From Vitrella brassicaformis CCMP3155 (lineage: Eukaryota; Protista; Chromerida), in assembly GCA_001179505.1 (NCBI GenBank), contig CDMY01000243.1:605444-669443 (forward strand): a DNA stretch of 64,000 nt, in the 5' to 3' direction. The notes under the pieces were generated by a model, which was not told where the DNA came from, made no database searches, and worked only from the letters and a program-made list of their open reading frames with translations. Numbering within the stretch: position 1 is the stretch's first letter; each line of letters opens with the position of its first letter. The position numbers and the translations under genes were made by a program. Below are positions 22,304-33,714 of the stretch, piece by piece.

Positions 22304-24745
22304 TCACCATGACCATCTCCTCAGCCCCTCCAGCCCCCCCATCCCCTCAGTCCCCCGAGCCCCCCCACACCATGACCACCTCCGGCCCTCCCACGGCCGC
22401 ATCACCATCTCGACGGTCAATTCGTGCTCGGCCGGCCGGACTACCAGCTCCTCAATCGACGAGTCCTCACCATCGAACCGCGCGTAGGTCGGTCGCGTCA
22501 CCTCCATGCCGTACTCGGCCATGTCGTTGCGCACACGGCCCTGGATGAACAGCAAGATGAGCTCGCTCTCGACTAAGGCAGCGGCTTCAGGTGCGGCGAA
22601 GATGTCAGCTCGCTCGGTGAGCTTGAAGGTGGCGTGTTTGGGCCGCAGCTCATGGACGAGGCGGAAGAGGTCCCGCAGCCGCTCGAGGACGCTCTCGGCT
22701 CTCGCGTTGTAGATGTTCTGAAAGTTCTCGTCAACGAAAAACTCCGTATCGATGGGTCTGATCTCGATGGCGAGCTCTTGCACTTTGGGGTACTGGCGGG
22801 TGGTCTGGGGGGAGGGGAAGGCGACCGGGGCGGCTCGGGTGAGAGACAGCGGCTCGTCATATGCCATCTCCAGCTTCTGATCGGCGCACACACAATGCGG
22901 GGTCGACTGATAAGGCACACTATGCGCGGATGGATGGTGGATGGCAACACCAGATAGATGTACCTTGAGCGGCTTTGGCTTGATGCCCTGCTGAATGTAT
23001 GCGAGCGCCTCAGAGGCCACGATGCCGCTGACCGTATGCGTCCACAGCTTGTCCACGGCAGGCCACCCGAGGTACACGTGTGTGAGGGCGGGGAGGGATG
23101 AGAGGAGGCGCGAGAGTCGGTTGGGCGTGGGGGGAGGGATCAGGTACTCGGGATCGCAAGTCGGCTCATGTTTGAGACCGTCGTCCGTCAGGTAGAGCTC
23201 CGTCACGTTACTGAATCGACACATCCACACACACATCCACAGCGAGATTACGTGAAGCGCCTTTATTGCTCTCTTTCTCTGTCTCACTCACCAGAGTGAT
23301 TTGAGCGTGCCCTCCTCGGTCAGCCACTGTGGGATGCCGTTCAAAGACCCGGCATCGACATCTTGGTTGTCTTTGGCGAGCTCGACCTCCAGGCGCCTGG
23401 CGTTGTTCAGCCGGATGCCGCTGAAGTGCAGGCTGGTGGAATCGCTTTGGCCATAATTAGTCGTCAATGACACGGTGTCGCCCCCTCCCGCGTGCCGTTT
23501 GACGGTCTCTACCCATGTGAGGGTCTCGGCAGTCGGCGGACCCTCTGTGCTCTCATCGCCGCACTCGATGCGTGTCACACCTCCTTGCCGCACCACTCCC
23601 CATCCCATCTGCTCTGCCGCCTGAATCGTCCCCACCGAGTCTCCGCTCATGTAGGGTCGATCGAACGGGTCACGGACGATGTCGAGGGGGCAGTGGATCT
23701 TCAGCTGGCGCTTTGTGGAGGCCCCCGACGGAGAGGGGGGGAAGGAGGGGGAGGGGGCATCACACGCGCTGCTGGACGACGCCGCCGTACCGCCGCGGGG
23801 CGTCAGCTGGCGCAGCAACGTCACCAGCTTGCTGGTCTCCCTGTCGCTGCCACCCAGCTTGAGGTGGCCGACGTGGCGCAGATTCTTGAGCGATGAGAGG
23901 GCAGCGGTAGTGAGGGGTACGCTGGATTCAGCCTCCCCTTCGTAGCAGCACAGCAGTGGGTAGATGTCCAGGTGGCTGAGGGATCGGGACGAGCCCAGGA
24001 TAAAAGCCAGGCTGCCATCAAATGCGGCCCTCTTGGCTGCAACGGAGGGGGGCCAGTCTGCCGTGATGCACTCGCCCGCGGAGACCACCTTGCCGGTGAT
24101 GCACTCGCCCGCGGAGACCACCTTGCCGGTGAGGCGCTCGAGTGCTGGGCACACGAGCTTCTGCTGCTGGAAGAGATGCAGTCCATCGAGGCTGTCCACC
24201 TCAACCGACGTGACCGACGGAAACACCGCATCGGGCCCCTTGACCTGTGCCACCGGCAGGTCGCTCGCCGCGTCCTCCTCAGACGCTTCGCCACCATCTG
24301 CATCACCGTGTCCATCTCGCTGGTTCTTGGCTTGTGTCGTCTGGATGGCTTTGAGCGTGTCAGTGTGGTGGACCAGCTGCAGCGAGACGAAGGCGAACAG
24401 CCGCGCCCGGCCGATCTCCTCGACCTCCTCCTCTTTGGGCAGCAGGATGACGGCGTGCTGCTGCTGCTCGAACGTCACCAGGCTGCCGTTGGGCCCCGTG
24501 CAGCTGAGGTCGTGGTTGGGACGGTGCCAGTTGATAACGCGGATCAGCGAGTAGATGGCCCAGTAGAAGGCCCGGCAGACACAGCTCATCGCCAGGCGCT
24601 CGTTGACGGACTCATACGATGACACGTTGAGCCAGATGAGCCCATCCAGAAGGCTCGTGAGGGTCTTCGGTGCGCTGCTGTTGGATGAGTCATGGCTCTG
24701 GGCCGGAGGGGCTGTACGAGGGCGTTTGGCTGGCGGGCCGTCCAT
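22304..24745 (-). CDS. Lineage-specific protein with F-box-like N-terminus and LRR-like helical repeats
   Basis: Three exons 24745-23292, 23210-22964 and 22876-22304 with GT-AG introns. It starts MDGPPAKRPRT (NLS-like), followed by LTSLLDGLIWLNVSSYESVNERLAMSCVCRAFY (F-box-like) and LRR-like CPALERL, LSHLDIY, LKNLRHVGHLKL and LPALTHVYL segments. Confidence 0.75.
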
Positions 24746-25399
24746 CGCCCAGCAGACACACACCAGAGATCAGCTACGCTACGCTGCTACAGCTTCCTGC
24801 AGGTCCACACACACAGACGCACACAGGACAGAGGATGACGCGCCGTCTGTCGTGCTGTTTCTCCCGGCCCGCTTACAGTTAGTGCGATGGATGTACGGCT
24901 GCATGACCCTCTCGTCCATCTTGGCCCGGCCGTCTATGCCCTCTGGTGGCGGTCGGCGCGTCGTTGCATCATGTCACTCATGTTTGTCGGAATTTGAGGG
25001 TGCGCTACCACAGGAACACCTTACCAAACGGTCAGGCAGCAAACTTGCTCCTTTCCTGCGCGAGAAAGGCAACGCACAGCCATTCTTCTCGGCAAGATTC
25101 TTCTTCAACCTCTGCGAGCTTAGCACATCCCGTCGAGAGAAGAAGAGGAGGAAGGGTGCTTCACGCCACCAGGCTTGCAAATCCAACAGGGAGAATGGAA
25201 AACACGCGCATGCATTCATAACAATGACATGGATGTGGATCTGTGGCACTCTCTCGAGTGGTGTGAGCCAGTCATCCCCCGCTACCTACTCATTGCTCTT
25301 GTCACTCGGGCGAACCCAGAGATGGCGAGCCACCGCACAGCAGTGTTTGTCTCAAAAGGCGGCCAGCCGGGCACTCGGTCGGCATGCTCTCAGGTCTGT

Positions 25400-27165
25400 C
25401 TGTAGACAGACAGACAGACAGACGAATAAATAGACTGACTGGGTGGTCGATAGGCTGGCTGCCACACAAGGCGATGGATGGACGCTCGCTTCCACAGTTC
25501 ACACATTCATTCTCCAAAAAGAAGACGCGTCGAGACTACCAGTCACCGGACAACACACACAAATGGAGAAGCAAAGATGCACACGGCCCAATCGATCGAC
25601 GACAAACCAGAGGGAACCACCCCTCCACAGCGCCCACAGAGTCAAACCACCGACTGATCGATTAGCTCATCCATCTGTGTCCACTCCTGCCCCTCTCCTC
25701 AGCTCGCCAAGGGCGCGGCCAGAGGAAGGCAAACAGCAGTGATGGGCTAGTGGTTGCGAGGCGGTGTGGCGAGGAAACGAACAAACACAACACGCAATGC
25801 ATTGATTGCATTGCCCCGCCCGGCCCGGCCCGTCCACAGCTGCCGATCGATCCCCCGCTACTCCTGAGGAGCGGCGAGGGCAGAGCAGCAGGGGACTGAC
25901 TGACTGACGAGGGAATGCGCTGCGGTGACAGAAAAGACCGACCGACCGACAAACGACGACAGCCATTCATCCATCCATCCATCCATCCACCTCTGCCACA
26001 CACATTCTTCCCCCAAAAGGAAGACGGATGACAACCGACACTCCCAACCATTCCGTGACTTCGCCCAACCGCCCATAAGCACAGTCGACCGACACTGAGT
26101 GCCCCCGAGGCCCAACACACATGAAAAACAAAAGATGGAGAAAATACAGATTGATCGACGACAAAATGAAACCCACGAGACACCACAGGCGGCACCCATC
26201 CGACCAGCCAGCCAAAGTCTTTGTCCGTCTGTCTGTCTGTTGCGGCATAGAGCACCATGCGCACACCTACACCTGCCTCCCTGTGTGTCGTCCTTACGTG
26301 TGTGTGATCCAGCCCAGCCAGCCAGCCCTCGTGTATGTGTGCTGGGAGCAGAGAGAGGGATGAGTGGTGGATGGAAGGAAAGATACCGTACAGTCAGTCA
26401 CTCGGGCACCCGGGCAGACGACACATGAGCGGAACCAGCCACACGACGCCCTCACAAATTGGCGGGGCAGACAGACCAAACAAGATACTCACACATAACA
26501 CACATACACACATTACAATCAGCACACGCAGGGCAGCCAAATGACGACAAATCACAGACAAAGAGCGGGACAAATCGAAAAAGAGGCACGCGTGTCAGTC
26601 TGGTGCGTTTAGGTGAGTGTGGGCTGACGGAGACATCACAGCGTTACGCTTCGCTGATGTTGAAAGAAACACCATCACACACCATTGGCAGGCAGGCCAC
26701 CCATATCAGCCGTATCTCTCTGGTTCTGTGAAACCCAGCCCTACAGCCAGGCCATCCCCATCGTCTCCTCCCGCCCCTATTGTCCCTATCAGTCAGTCTG
26801 TGGGTGTTTGTTATGTGTGAGTGTGTGTTGGGTCAGTTGTGTGTGTGTCCCTCCCTGCACCAGCCGCAGCACATGCCCTCCGGGAACATGAACGACCACA
26901 CCTTGCTCCAGAAGCCCGCCGTCGGCTGCTGGGCCGCTCCCTCTGTGCCGTCCTCTGTCGTCAGCTCGCTGCCCGTCTCAGTGTCCTCCTTCGGCAGACG
27001 CTGGTCCTCGCCAAACACGAACACACTCTCTGCATCCACACCCACACATATGCCGCATCGTCTCGCGCTTCCATCTCGTGTGTGTGGACCCACTCACCTT
27101 TCGAGACGGTGGGCAGGTTGGGCGTCTTGGTGCTCACGCAGTGCAGCGGCCGAGCCGACAGACTC
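25400..27165 (-). repeat. Left arm of ~1.8-kb inverted duplication (partner 39350-41235)
   Basis: The reverse complement matches 39350-41235, including exons LSARPLHCVSTKTP(N/I)LPTVSK and VFVFG(E/G)DQRLPKEDTET...FW(S/G)KVWSF(M/L)FPE plus the downstream non-coding DNA. Confidence 0.9.
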
Positions 27166-27830
27166 AAATCGGAATCAGCTGCGGCCGCCTGAGTGAAGCG
27201 CAGTGACAACACCGAACACAGAGACCGTACGGTCTCCACCGCTCTCTGTTCAACTCATTGTCTGTATCTGCACCTCATCGATGGGTTCTTCTGGCGGTGA
27301 TTCGGCAGCCACCTCAACAGCACTCTCACCACCGCCGGCACGAGTCGGTGCGACGGCGGTGCTTCTGGTGGTGCCCAACCGTCCCTCACGGCTGCGTCCG
27401 TCCACGCCTCCGCTGCGGAGTCTTCCTTGCGTGAGATGGTCGAAGGCCTCACCACCGCAGCGCGGGCCGCGTCACACGGCCCACAGCACAAGAATGACGC
27501 CGGATCACCCGCTGCTGCTGCTACACCACAACATAGCTGCAGCAATGTTAAGAACGGCAAGAAGACTTTCTCATGTCCTTCGCTCACCTTGACTTTGTCC
27601 TGCAGCAGCCGAATCCTTTCGCGCACCACATCCGCCTCGGCAGGCAGCTGAGAAGAGAACCGCACACAAGCAAACAGCAAACAGGAGAGCCGTGTGTAAC
27701 GTGAGCAAACGCACAGAGCATCACGACCCGACGCCGCCACGGTGCCCGGTCCGAATCCCCGGACATCTTTGCGAGCTTGGATATCCGGAGCAACGAATTC
27801 AAGTGTGTTGCAGGTATGGCGCATCAGACC
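26880..27830 (-). pseudogene. Possible degenerate TPR-gene paralog or chimera sharing 3' exons with the 38020-39650 gene
   Basis: The last two exons match the TPR gene. Upstream pieces LNSLLRISKLAKMSGDSDRA and LPAEADVVRERIRLLQDKVK loosely resemble its KALLRRACARRLSGDLDGA and READAEMALLAHHIQQQKAK. Confidence 0.4.
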
Positions 27831-28106
27831 CACTCAGCGACGAACGAAATACAGCCGTACACATTGAATGCATTTGTTGTAATTCATGTGTGTGGTGTGC
27901 AGCCTCGGGTCGGACCGAAGCGGCAGAGGCGGGCTGCGGATGGCTCCAAGGACAATGCACACGAGGAGTACGCGCAGTGCGCACCGAACACAACTCGTCC
28001 ACAGGGATCATTCACTTGAACGCATGGATCATTGTGTGCAGCCATGGCCGGATGCTGTCGGGCTGTCGTCGGGTCGGTAGACAATTGACTGTGTTGGTGT
28101 TGAGCG

Positions 28107-28331
28107 ATGAGCGATTCGGAGGCGGTGGCGAAGCGGCAGAGGCGGGTTAGTAGAGATGAGGAGACCAGTAGTCAGGAGGCAATGACGGACGGCCAGCACC
28201 AGCAGCAGCAGCAGGCCACGGCATCGCACACTGCCCACAGCATAGATCTGGAGGCCTTTGCACAGTGCTTCAGCCAAGTCGTAAGATGCACCAAACGAAC
28301 CACTGGCAAACACACACATCCTCATTGTCTC

Positions 28332-28383
<52 letters not shown>

Positions 28384-29508
28384 TGTGGCACTCAGCCTGT
28401 TGTCGTTGCCTACGTCTTCTCGTTCGTGTCGCTTCATTTGGTGGCGGCGCTGCCCCAGCGGCTGTGGCGCCACGTCGGCTGCCAGATCACCCAGCTGGTC
28501 ATGGACACCTATGACACGGCCGAGCGGCACTTCTGGTGCGGCCTCTCTTTCGCTGATGCCTTCGAGTGGGGCCGGCGGCTCACACGGCTCAGGTCCATCG
28601 TCGTCAAGTATCCCCCTGGCCTCCGCATCCCAAAAGGCATCCCAGAGCGGCGACACGATGATGACTTAGACATCCCTCTACCGCTGATGAGGGACAAGAT
28701 CGTCACGGCATTGGTGGAGGGCCACAGCGATGGGCGGAGAGCCACAGCGGCCACAGCATCCGGGCAGCAGGCGTCAACCACCTTGGAGTCGATAGAAATA
28801 AGCGAGGGCGAAGAGACCATCATCTTCGACGAGGTCGAGGGTCGCGATATCCGAACTGCCGGACAGGCAGCCGGAGGACGCCGAGCAGCCTGACCCACTT
28901 GTGCTTGACAACATGCCCGACAACGCATTCCCGGCCGCATCGCGTCTCTCGATGCCAGTCTATCGTCAGTACGCGATTGGCAGCAGGCTGGTGACCAAGA
29001 TGCCCGTCGTCAAGAGCATTGACCTCATGGAACCGACAGAGGAACAAGCAGTGGGCGTGCTGCAGGCGGTGGGCGTGGACAAGTCGTTGGAGTGTTTCGA
29101 GGCCATTTGCGTGACGGATGTGGGCGAGGGCGGGCTGGCGTGGGGGGACATGGCGGACCAACTGCCGGCCATCAAACGGCTGGATCTTCGTGTAGAAGGT
29201 GAGCTGCCAACAATCGGCAGCTCTCGCACGCCAGCCCATTGGATGTTATGTATGCCTGTCTGTGCGCAGTGCCTGAGGATTTGGGTGATGGCGATGCCGC
29301 CGGCGAGTTCGGCATTGCCTGCGTCAAGTCGCTGCTCAAAATCCGAGGCATCGAGGAGATCCACTTCGGGCTGTCGGGGCCTGGAGGAGATAGCTTTTTG
29401 CGGCTGGTGCAGGAGCGGACACAAGGCAACACCATCGCGGGGCTGGAGGGGCGGTACGACATCGACTTGAGACTCCAGCGGCTCACTCTGAAACGGCTTG
29501 ACACTTGA
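28107..29508 (+). pseudogene. Lineage-specific expanded-family protein (F-box-like start), one apparent frameshift
   Basis: MSDSEAVAKRQRR..., exon PVVVAYVFSFVSL...FEWGRRLTRLRSIVV...LVEGHSDGRR...TLESIEI, an apparent shift at ~28845 into SELPDRQPEDAEQPDPLVLDN..., and a final exon ...LTLKRLDT*. Confidence 0.6.
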
Positions 29509-29938
29509 CGAAAGACAACAGGTGCGTGCGGTTTGGCTACCTTGGATATGGGCGCGGTTCTCCATTGCGGGTGATGTGTGTTGGGCTGCATTGTTGTTTG
29601 CCCGCCAGGTCGCCCGGCCCATGCCAGCTGTAGAATGGTGGAGAGGGAGGGGGAGGGATTTTGGGGTGCCGCGATGAAGGGATGCTCTCGTGGCGTGTTT
29701 CGTGACTGCCCGCTGCATGGACTTGTACAGATTCATGTGAGAACCGAACGTTGAAAAGGCATCGAAATGTCAGTATACAAGGGTTGCATTCGCCCCATGT
29801 CGGCCCCGCCCCTCACACAGCTGCATGCCATTCACTCATCGTATCATGGGCGCAGTACCCCTACACGTGTCATCTCTCATGGCATTCCATCGACATGGCA
29901 CCAAAAGTGACTGTCTCTCTCAATTATTGACACCGTCT

Positions 29939-31900
29939 TCACCCATCCAGCTGCACCTCCACATCGTCCCTCGGCACCTCGCCCGCCTCCTCCTCGGCAC
30001 ACTCCTGAAAGTCGTCCTTTTCGCTCTTGGTGCCTGGCGAAAGGTCGCCGATCAGCGCATTCGCCTCGTCTGCGGCGACTGGAAAGTTGGGTCTTGTGAC
30101 AGAATGGAAGACGGATTGGCGGGGGTGGCGGTGACGGAGGGGTGGGGGCGGCAAAGGGCAGCTCCTGCTGCTGTCCGTTGACGAAATGATGGCGGCTCCC
30201 TCGGGCGGCGTGATGAAGGCAGCGGGCATCGCCTCAAAGGCGCCTTCAGATGGGTCGCCTCCCAGCACCAGTGGGGTGGTCTGCAGCACGTGGCTGTGAC
30301 CCCTCGCCAGCTCCTTGCCCTTCTCCAGGACGGGCTGGGCCATCTTCAGCACCAAGTGGAGGAAACTGCCGTCCTTCTTTGAGCGGTATGACGGCCGTCT
30401 CTGTCTCTTGGCGTGGCGGGGGTGACGGGGGAGGGGGTGGGGCCGAGGGCGGGGCTGCCTGCTCGGTGCNNNNNNNNNNNNNNNNNNNNNNNNNNNNNNN
30501 NNNNNNNNNNNNNNNNNNNNNNNNNNNNNNNNNNNNNNNNNNNNNNNNNNNNNNNNNNNNNNNNNNNNNNNNNNNNNNNNNNNNNNNNNNNNNNNNNNNN
30601 NNNNNNNNNNNNNNNNNNNNNNNNNNNNNNNNNNNNNNNNNNNNNNNNNNNNNNNNNNNNNNNNNNNNNNNNNNNNNNNNNNNNNNNNNNNNNNNNNNNN
30701 NNNNNNNNNNNNNNNNNNNNNNNNNNNNNNNNNNNNNNNNNNNNNNNNNNNNNNNNNNNNNNNNNNNNNGGCTGCCTGCTCGGTGCTGGCATACTCGTCA
30801 AGCTGGGCGAGGGGCGTTGGCAAGCTGCTCGCGAGATGTGGCGAGGGACTGGCGAAGTGTCTTTACTTCTCGCCCCAGCAGCTGAAGTATCACCAAGGTC
30901 ACACTCACATGATTGCGTGGATGAAGGGTCCTGTTGGTGCGAGAGCCGGTGTTACCTTTTTCTGCACGTTGAGGTCTTCGATGGCCTTGTTCAGCTCCTC
31001 CTCCTCTGCTGCATGGCGGGCAGCCGTGTCCTAACCAGACAAGGATTGCGAAGAAACGGATGAACTGTGTGTGATGAGATCTGGTCATATCATTACCTTC
31101 AGCTCAGCCGTCAGCAGGTTGTGTTCGGCCCTCAGTCGAGAGACCTCCTTATCGAGAGCACTCTTCTCCTCCTGCACACAGACAGACGAACCCATCGCAC
31201 TTGATGAGTCAGTCGCCCCACAGTGGTTGGTGGTCGCGTACGGTGAGCGTTGCGATTTGCGCGTCCTGTGTGTACCCATCCGAGCCTCAATCTCACTCTC
31301 GCGACGCTGGAGAGCCTGACAATGACACACACTGACACAGACAGAGTCAAGTTGGCGCTGATGGAAGTGCTCTCGGAGCTCATTCTTCTGTTTCTGACCT
31401 CCTGAAGCTCATGGCTGTCGTCAGCAGTGCCGCCTCGCACTCCTGCAGCTTTTGGACGAGAAACGACTCCACCTGATGATTGTCCACAGCAGGATGAATC
31501 ACCATGCATCGCCCAGCGCCCTTCTGTGGTGTGCATCCACTCCTCCCCCGGCGACATACCTTAAGCAGGTTCTGCAGCTGTGCGTCGGCATCCTCTTTGG
31601 AGCTCTTCAGCTGCGTCAGTTCCTGCAGCACCTCCTCAGACATCCTGCCAGCGACAACAGAGGCACTGGCCTTGCTGCCCTCACTGCCGCCCCTAGCCCT
31701 CCTCAGCGACTTGGGCAGCAGCCGTATCTCTTGACCTTGGAGGACTTCTTGGCCTGCTGCTGTTGGGAGGACTCGCCGCCCTCCTTGCCATTGTCGCCTC
31801 GCAGATCAACGGTTTCCCACTCGCGAACGTGCTCGGGTGAGTTGTCCTCTGACAGAGACGTGTAGAAGCCAACAGACGCAGACGCTGCGGCAGGTGGGAG
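29939..31900 (-). pseudogene. Multi-exon coiled-coil protein, frameshifted
   Basis: Heptad-rich exons MSEEVLQELTQLKSSKEDADAQLQNLLK, VESFLVQKLQECEAALL, EKSALDKEVSRLRAEHNLLTAELK and EEEELNKAIEDLNVQKK have canonical splice sites. Frameshifts appear near 31385 and 30808. Confidence 0.55.
30470..30769. other. Assembly gap (300 N), probably a negative gap
   Basis: The same 17-mer GGCTGCCTGCTCGGTGC lies immediately on both sides. Confidence 0.95.
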
Positions 31901-32114
31901 TGGGGGCGATGGCGGGGGCGGCTGGGGTGAAGGTGGGTGGAGGTGGTCATGGCCAGAATGAGCCAACACACGATTACAACGAAGGTATGTGTTGCGACGG
32001 CCGTGCCGGGTGAGCAGCTGAACACAGGCGGCAGACAAGACGGACGATTCATGATGCCATAGCGGACGGACACATTCGGCGCATCCCATTCAGACAGGCA
32101 CCCGTGAGCTCCTA

Positions 32115-32275
32115 CCTGCAGCTGTCGTCGCTGCCCAAACAGAACGTGACTTTGCCCTGAGCCGCACCCTTGGCGGCCGTCAAGGCCATGCCCGTCGTCA
32201 TCCCATAACCCTGAGACAACTCATCCTGCAACACACAGAGAGGGAAAAGACGAAAAGGAGATTATGGTGATAACA

Positions 32276-32308
<33 letters not shown>

Positions 32309-33000
32309 TGCTTACGATGAGTATGAAGTGGCACTTCTCGTTGGGCGAAGGGTTCTCGGCGTCGCACTTCGGCCCGGCGTAGCGAGTGGCGATGATAGAC
32401 TGACTCGTCACGGGACCAGGGGCCTTCAGACCCACACCGATGGGCGTCTGCACCAACCACATACACAAAGACATTCACACACACACGGACAATCCACACA
32501 TGCGATGAGAGCGTGTCTTGGTAGGTGGCGTACCTGAGGGTGGTCGTGCAGGTCTTTGCCGACGTTGGGCATGTCCTTGACCACATCGATGCCGGCCGCC
32601 TCGAGCATCTCCCGCGGGCCCAGCGCGAGGAAGATGCAATCAAGCTTCCACGGCTGCTGGATTCAACGCACAGCTGGCAAGCAGTGACCGTCACAGCAAT
32701 TGTCACAGCAGGCTGCAAAACAACGGCACACCGCCAGAACTGCAACCATCCACCACACACAGACATGCCACACACACACACACAGAAAGCACTCACGTGC
32801 GGTGCCACCGCTCTCGCCATCTGCTTGCCTGTCCCTCTCTCGCCTCACTTTGTCAGATGAGGTCAGATCAGCGCCGCCAGCTGGGAGATGACGACACGCC
32901 TGCTGATCGATATCATCTCGGCACCACTTGGTGCACCACACAGGCACTCCGCGCAGCCCTACAGTCGCCAAAAAGAACAAGAGATCGCCGGCCGCTCAGC
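32115..33000 (-). pseudogene. GMC (glucose-methanol-choline) oxidoreductase fragment
   Basis: LGPREMLEAAGIDVVKDMPNVGKDLHDHPQ matches the GMC consensus GIGP..L...GI.V..DLP.VG.NL.DH. It is flanked by the exons RRVVISQLAALI*P (like REVILSAGAI.TP) and AQGKVTFCLGSD (like SRG.V.L.S.D). Stops and frameshifts are present. Confidence 0.7.
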
Positions 33001-33300
33001 CTTTAAGCTCGCGGATGTGAAGTCATTGCTTTGTCTGATCAGTCTGCCATCTGTCCATCGATTCATGTTGACTAGTTCACTCCATCAACCACGCTGAGCC
33101 GCACAGATCGCATCCACAGCCCCACCCCCCCATGGCTGTCAGGGATCCCATTGATATCATTGTGTGTCTGTGGTAATGTACACCGGCCATCCGACACACC
33201 CGAATGCATATCATCCGCCTCGCTATCGCAAACCGCCATCATTGCGCGCACACGTCACTCGCACACAGCCACTCTGCTACAGACAGACAGACACACAGAC
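32640..33300 (-). repeat. Left arm of ~0.65-kb inverted duplication (partner ~41450-42050)
   Basis: 41450-42050 is the reverse complement, e.g. ctgagcggccggcgatctcttgttctttttggcgactgtagggctgcgcggagtgcc. Confidence 0.85.
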
Positions 33301-33714
33301 ACACACACAGGCATGCAGTCGCCTTCTTCAGCGGCGTGTGGCGAGGAGCTAAATGGCTCACGTAGGATGTAGTATTCTGGGACGTATGTGTGTCGTCATT
33401 CACCAGTCGGCCTCCTCGTCTGATCAACCACACACACACACACACACGCACACACCTGCCTGTCCGTCCGCCTGTTCATCTCATCTATCTGTGAGCATGT
33501 GTGTGGTACCCCGGTTGGATGGTGTGTGGTGCCCGCGGGATGGCGGAGGACGGCTCGAAGCAGGGGCAGCAGCGTAGCGGTCGTCGTAGCCTCCCTGCTC
33601 GCGGGGCGGGCGGCGATCGCGATCGTCCTCAAACTCCTGACCGATTCATTGATTGGGGACACACAGACATACACACGTTGATCCGGACTCCATGACGACA
33701 TGAATGTGTGGCAT

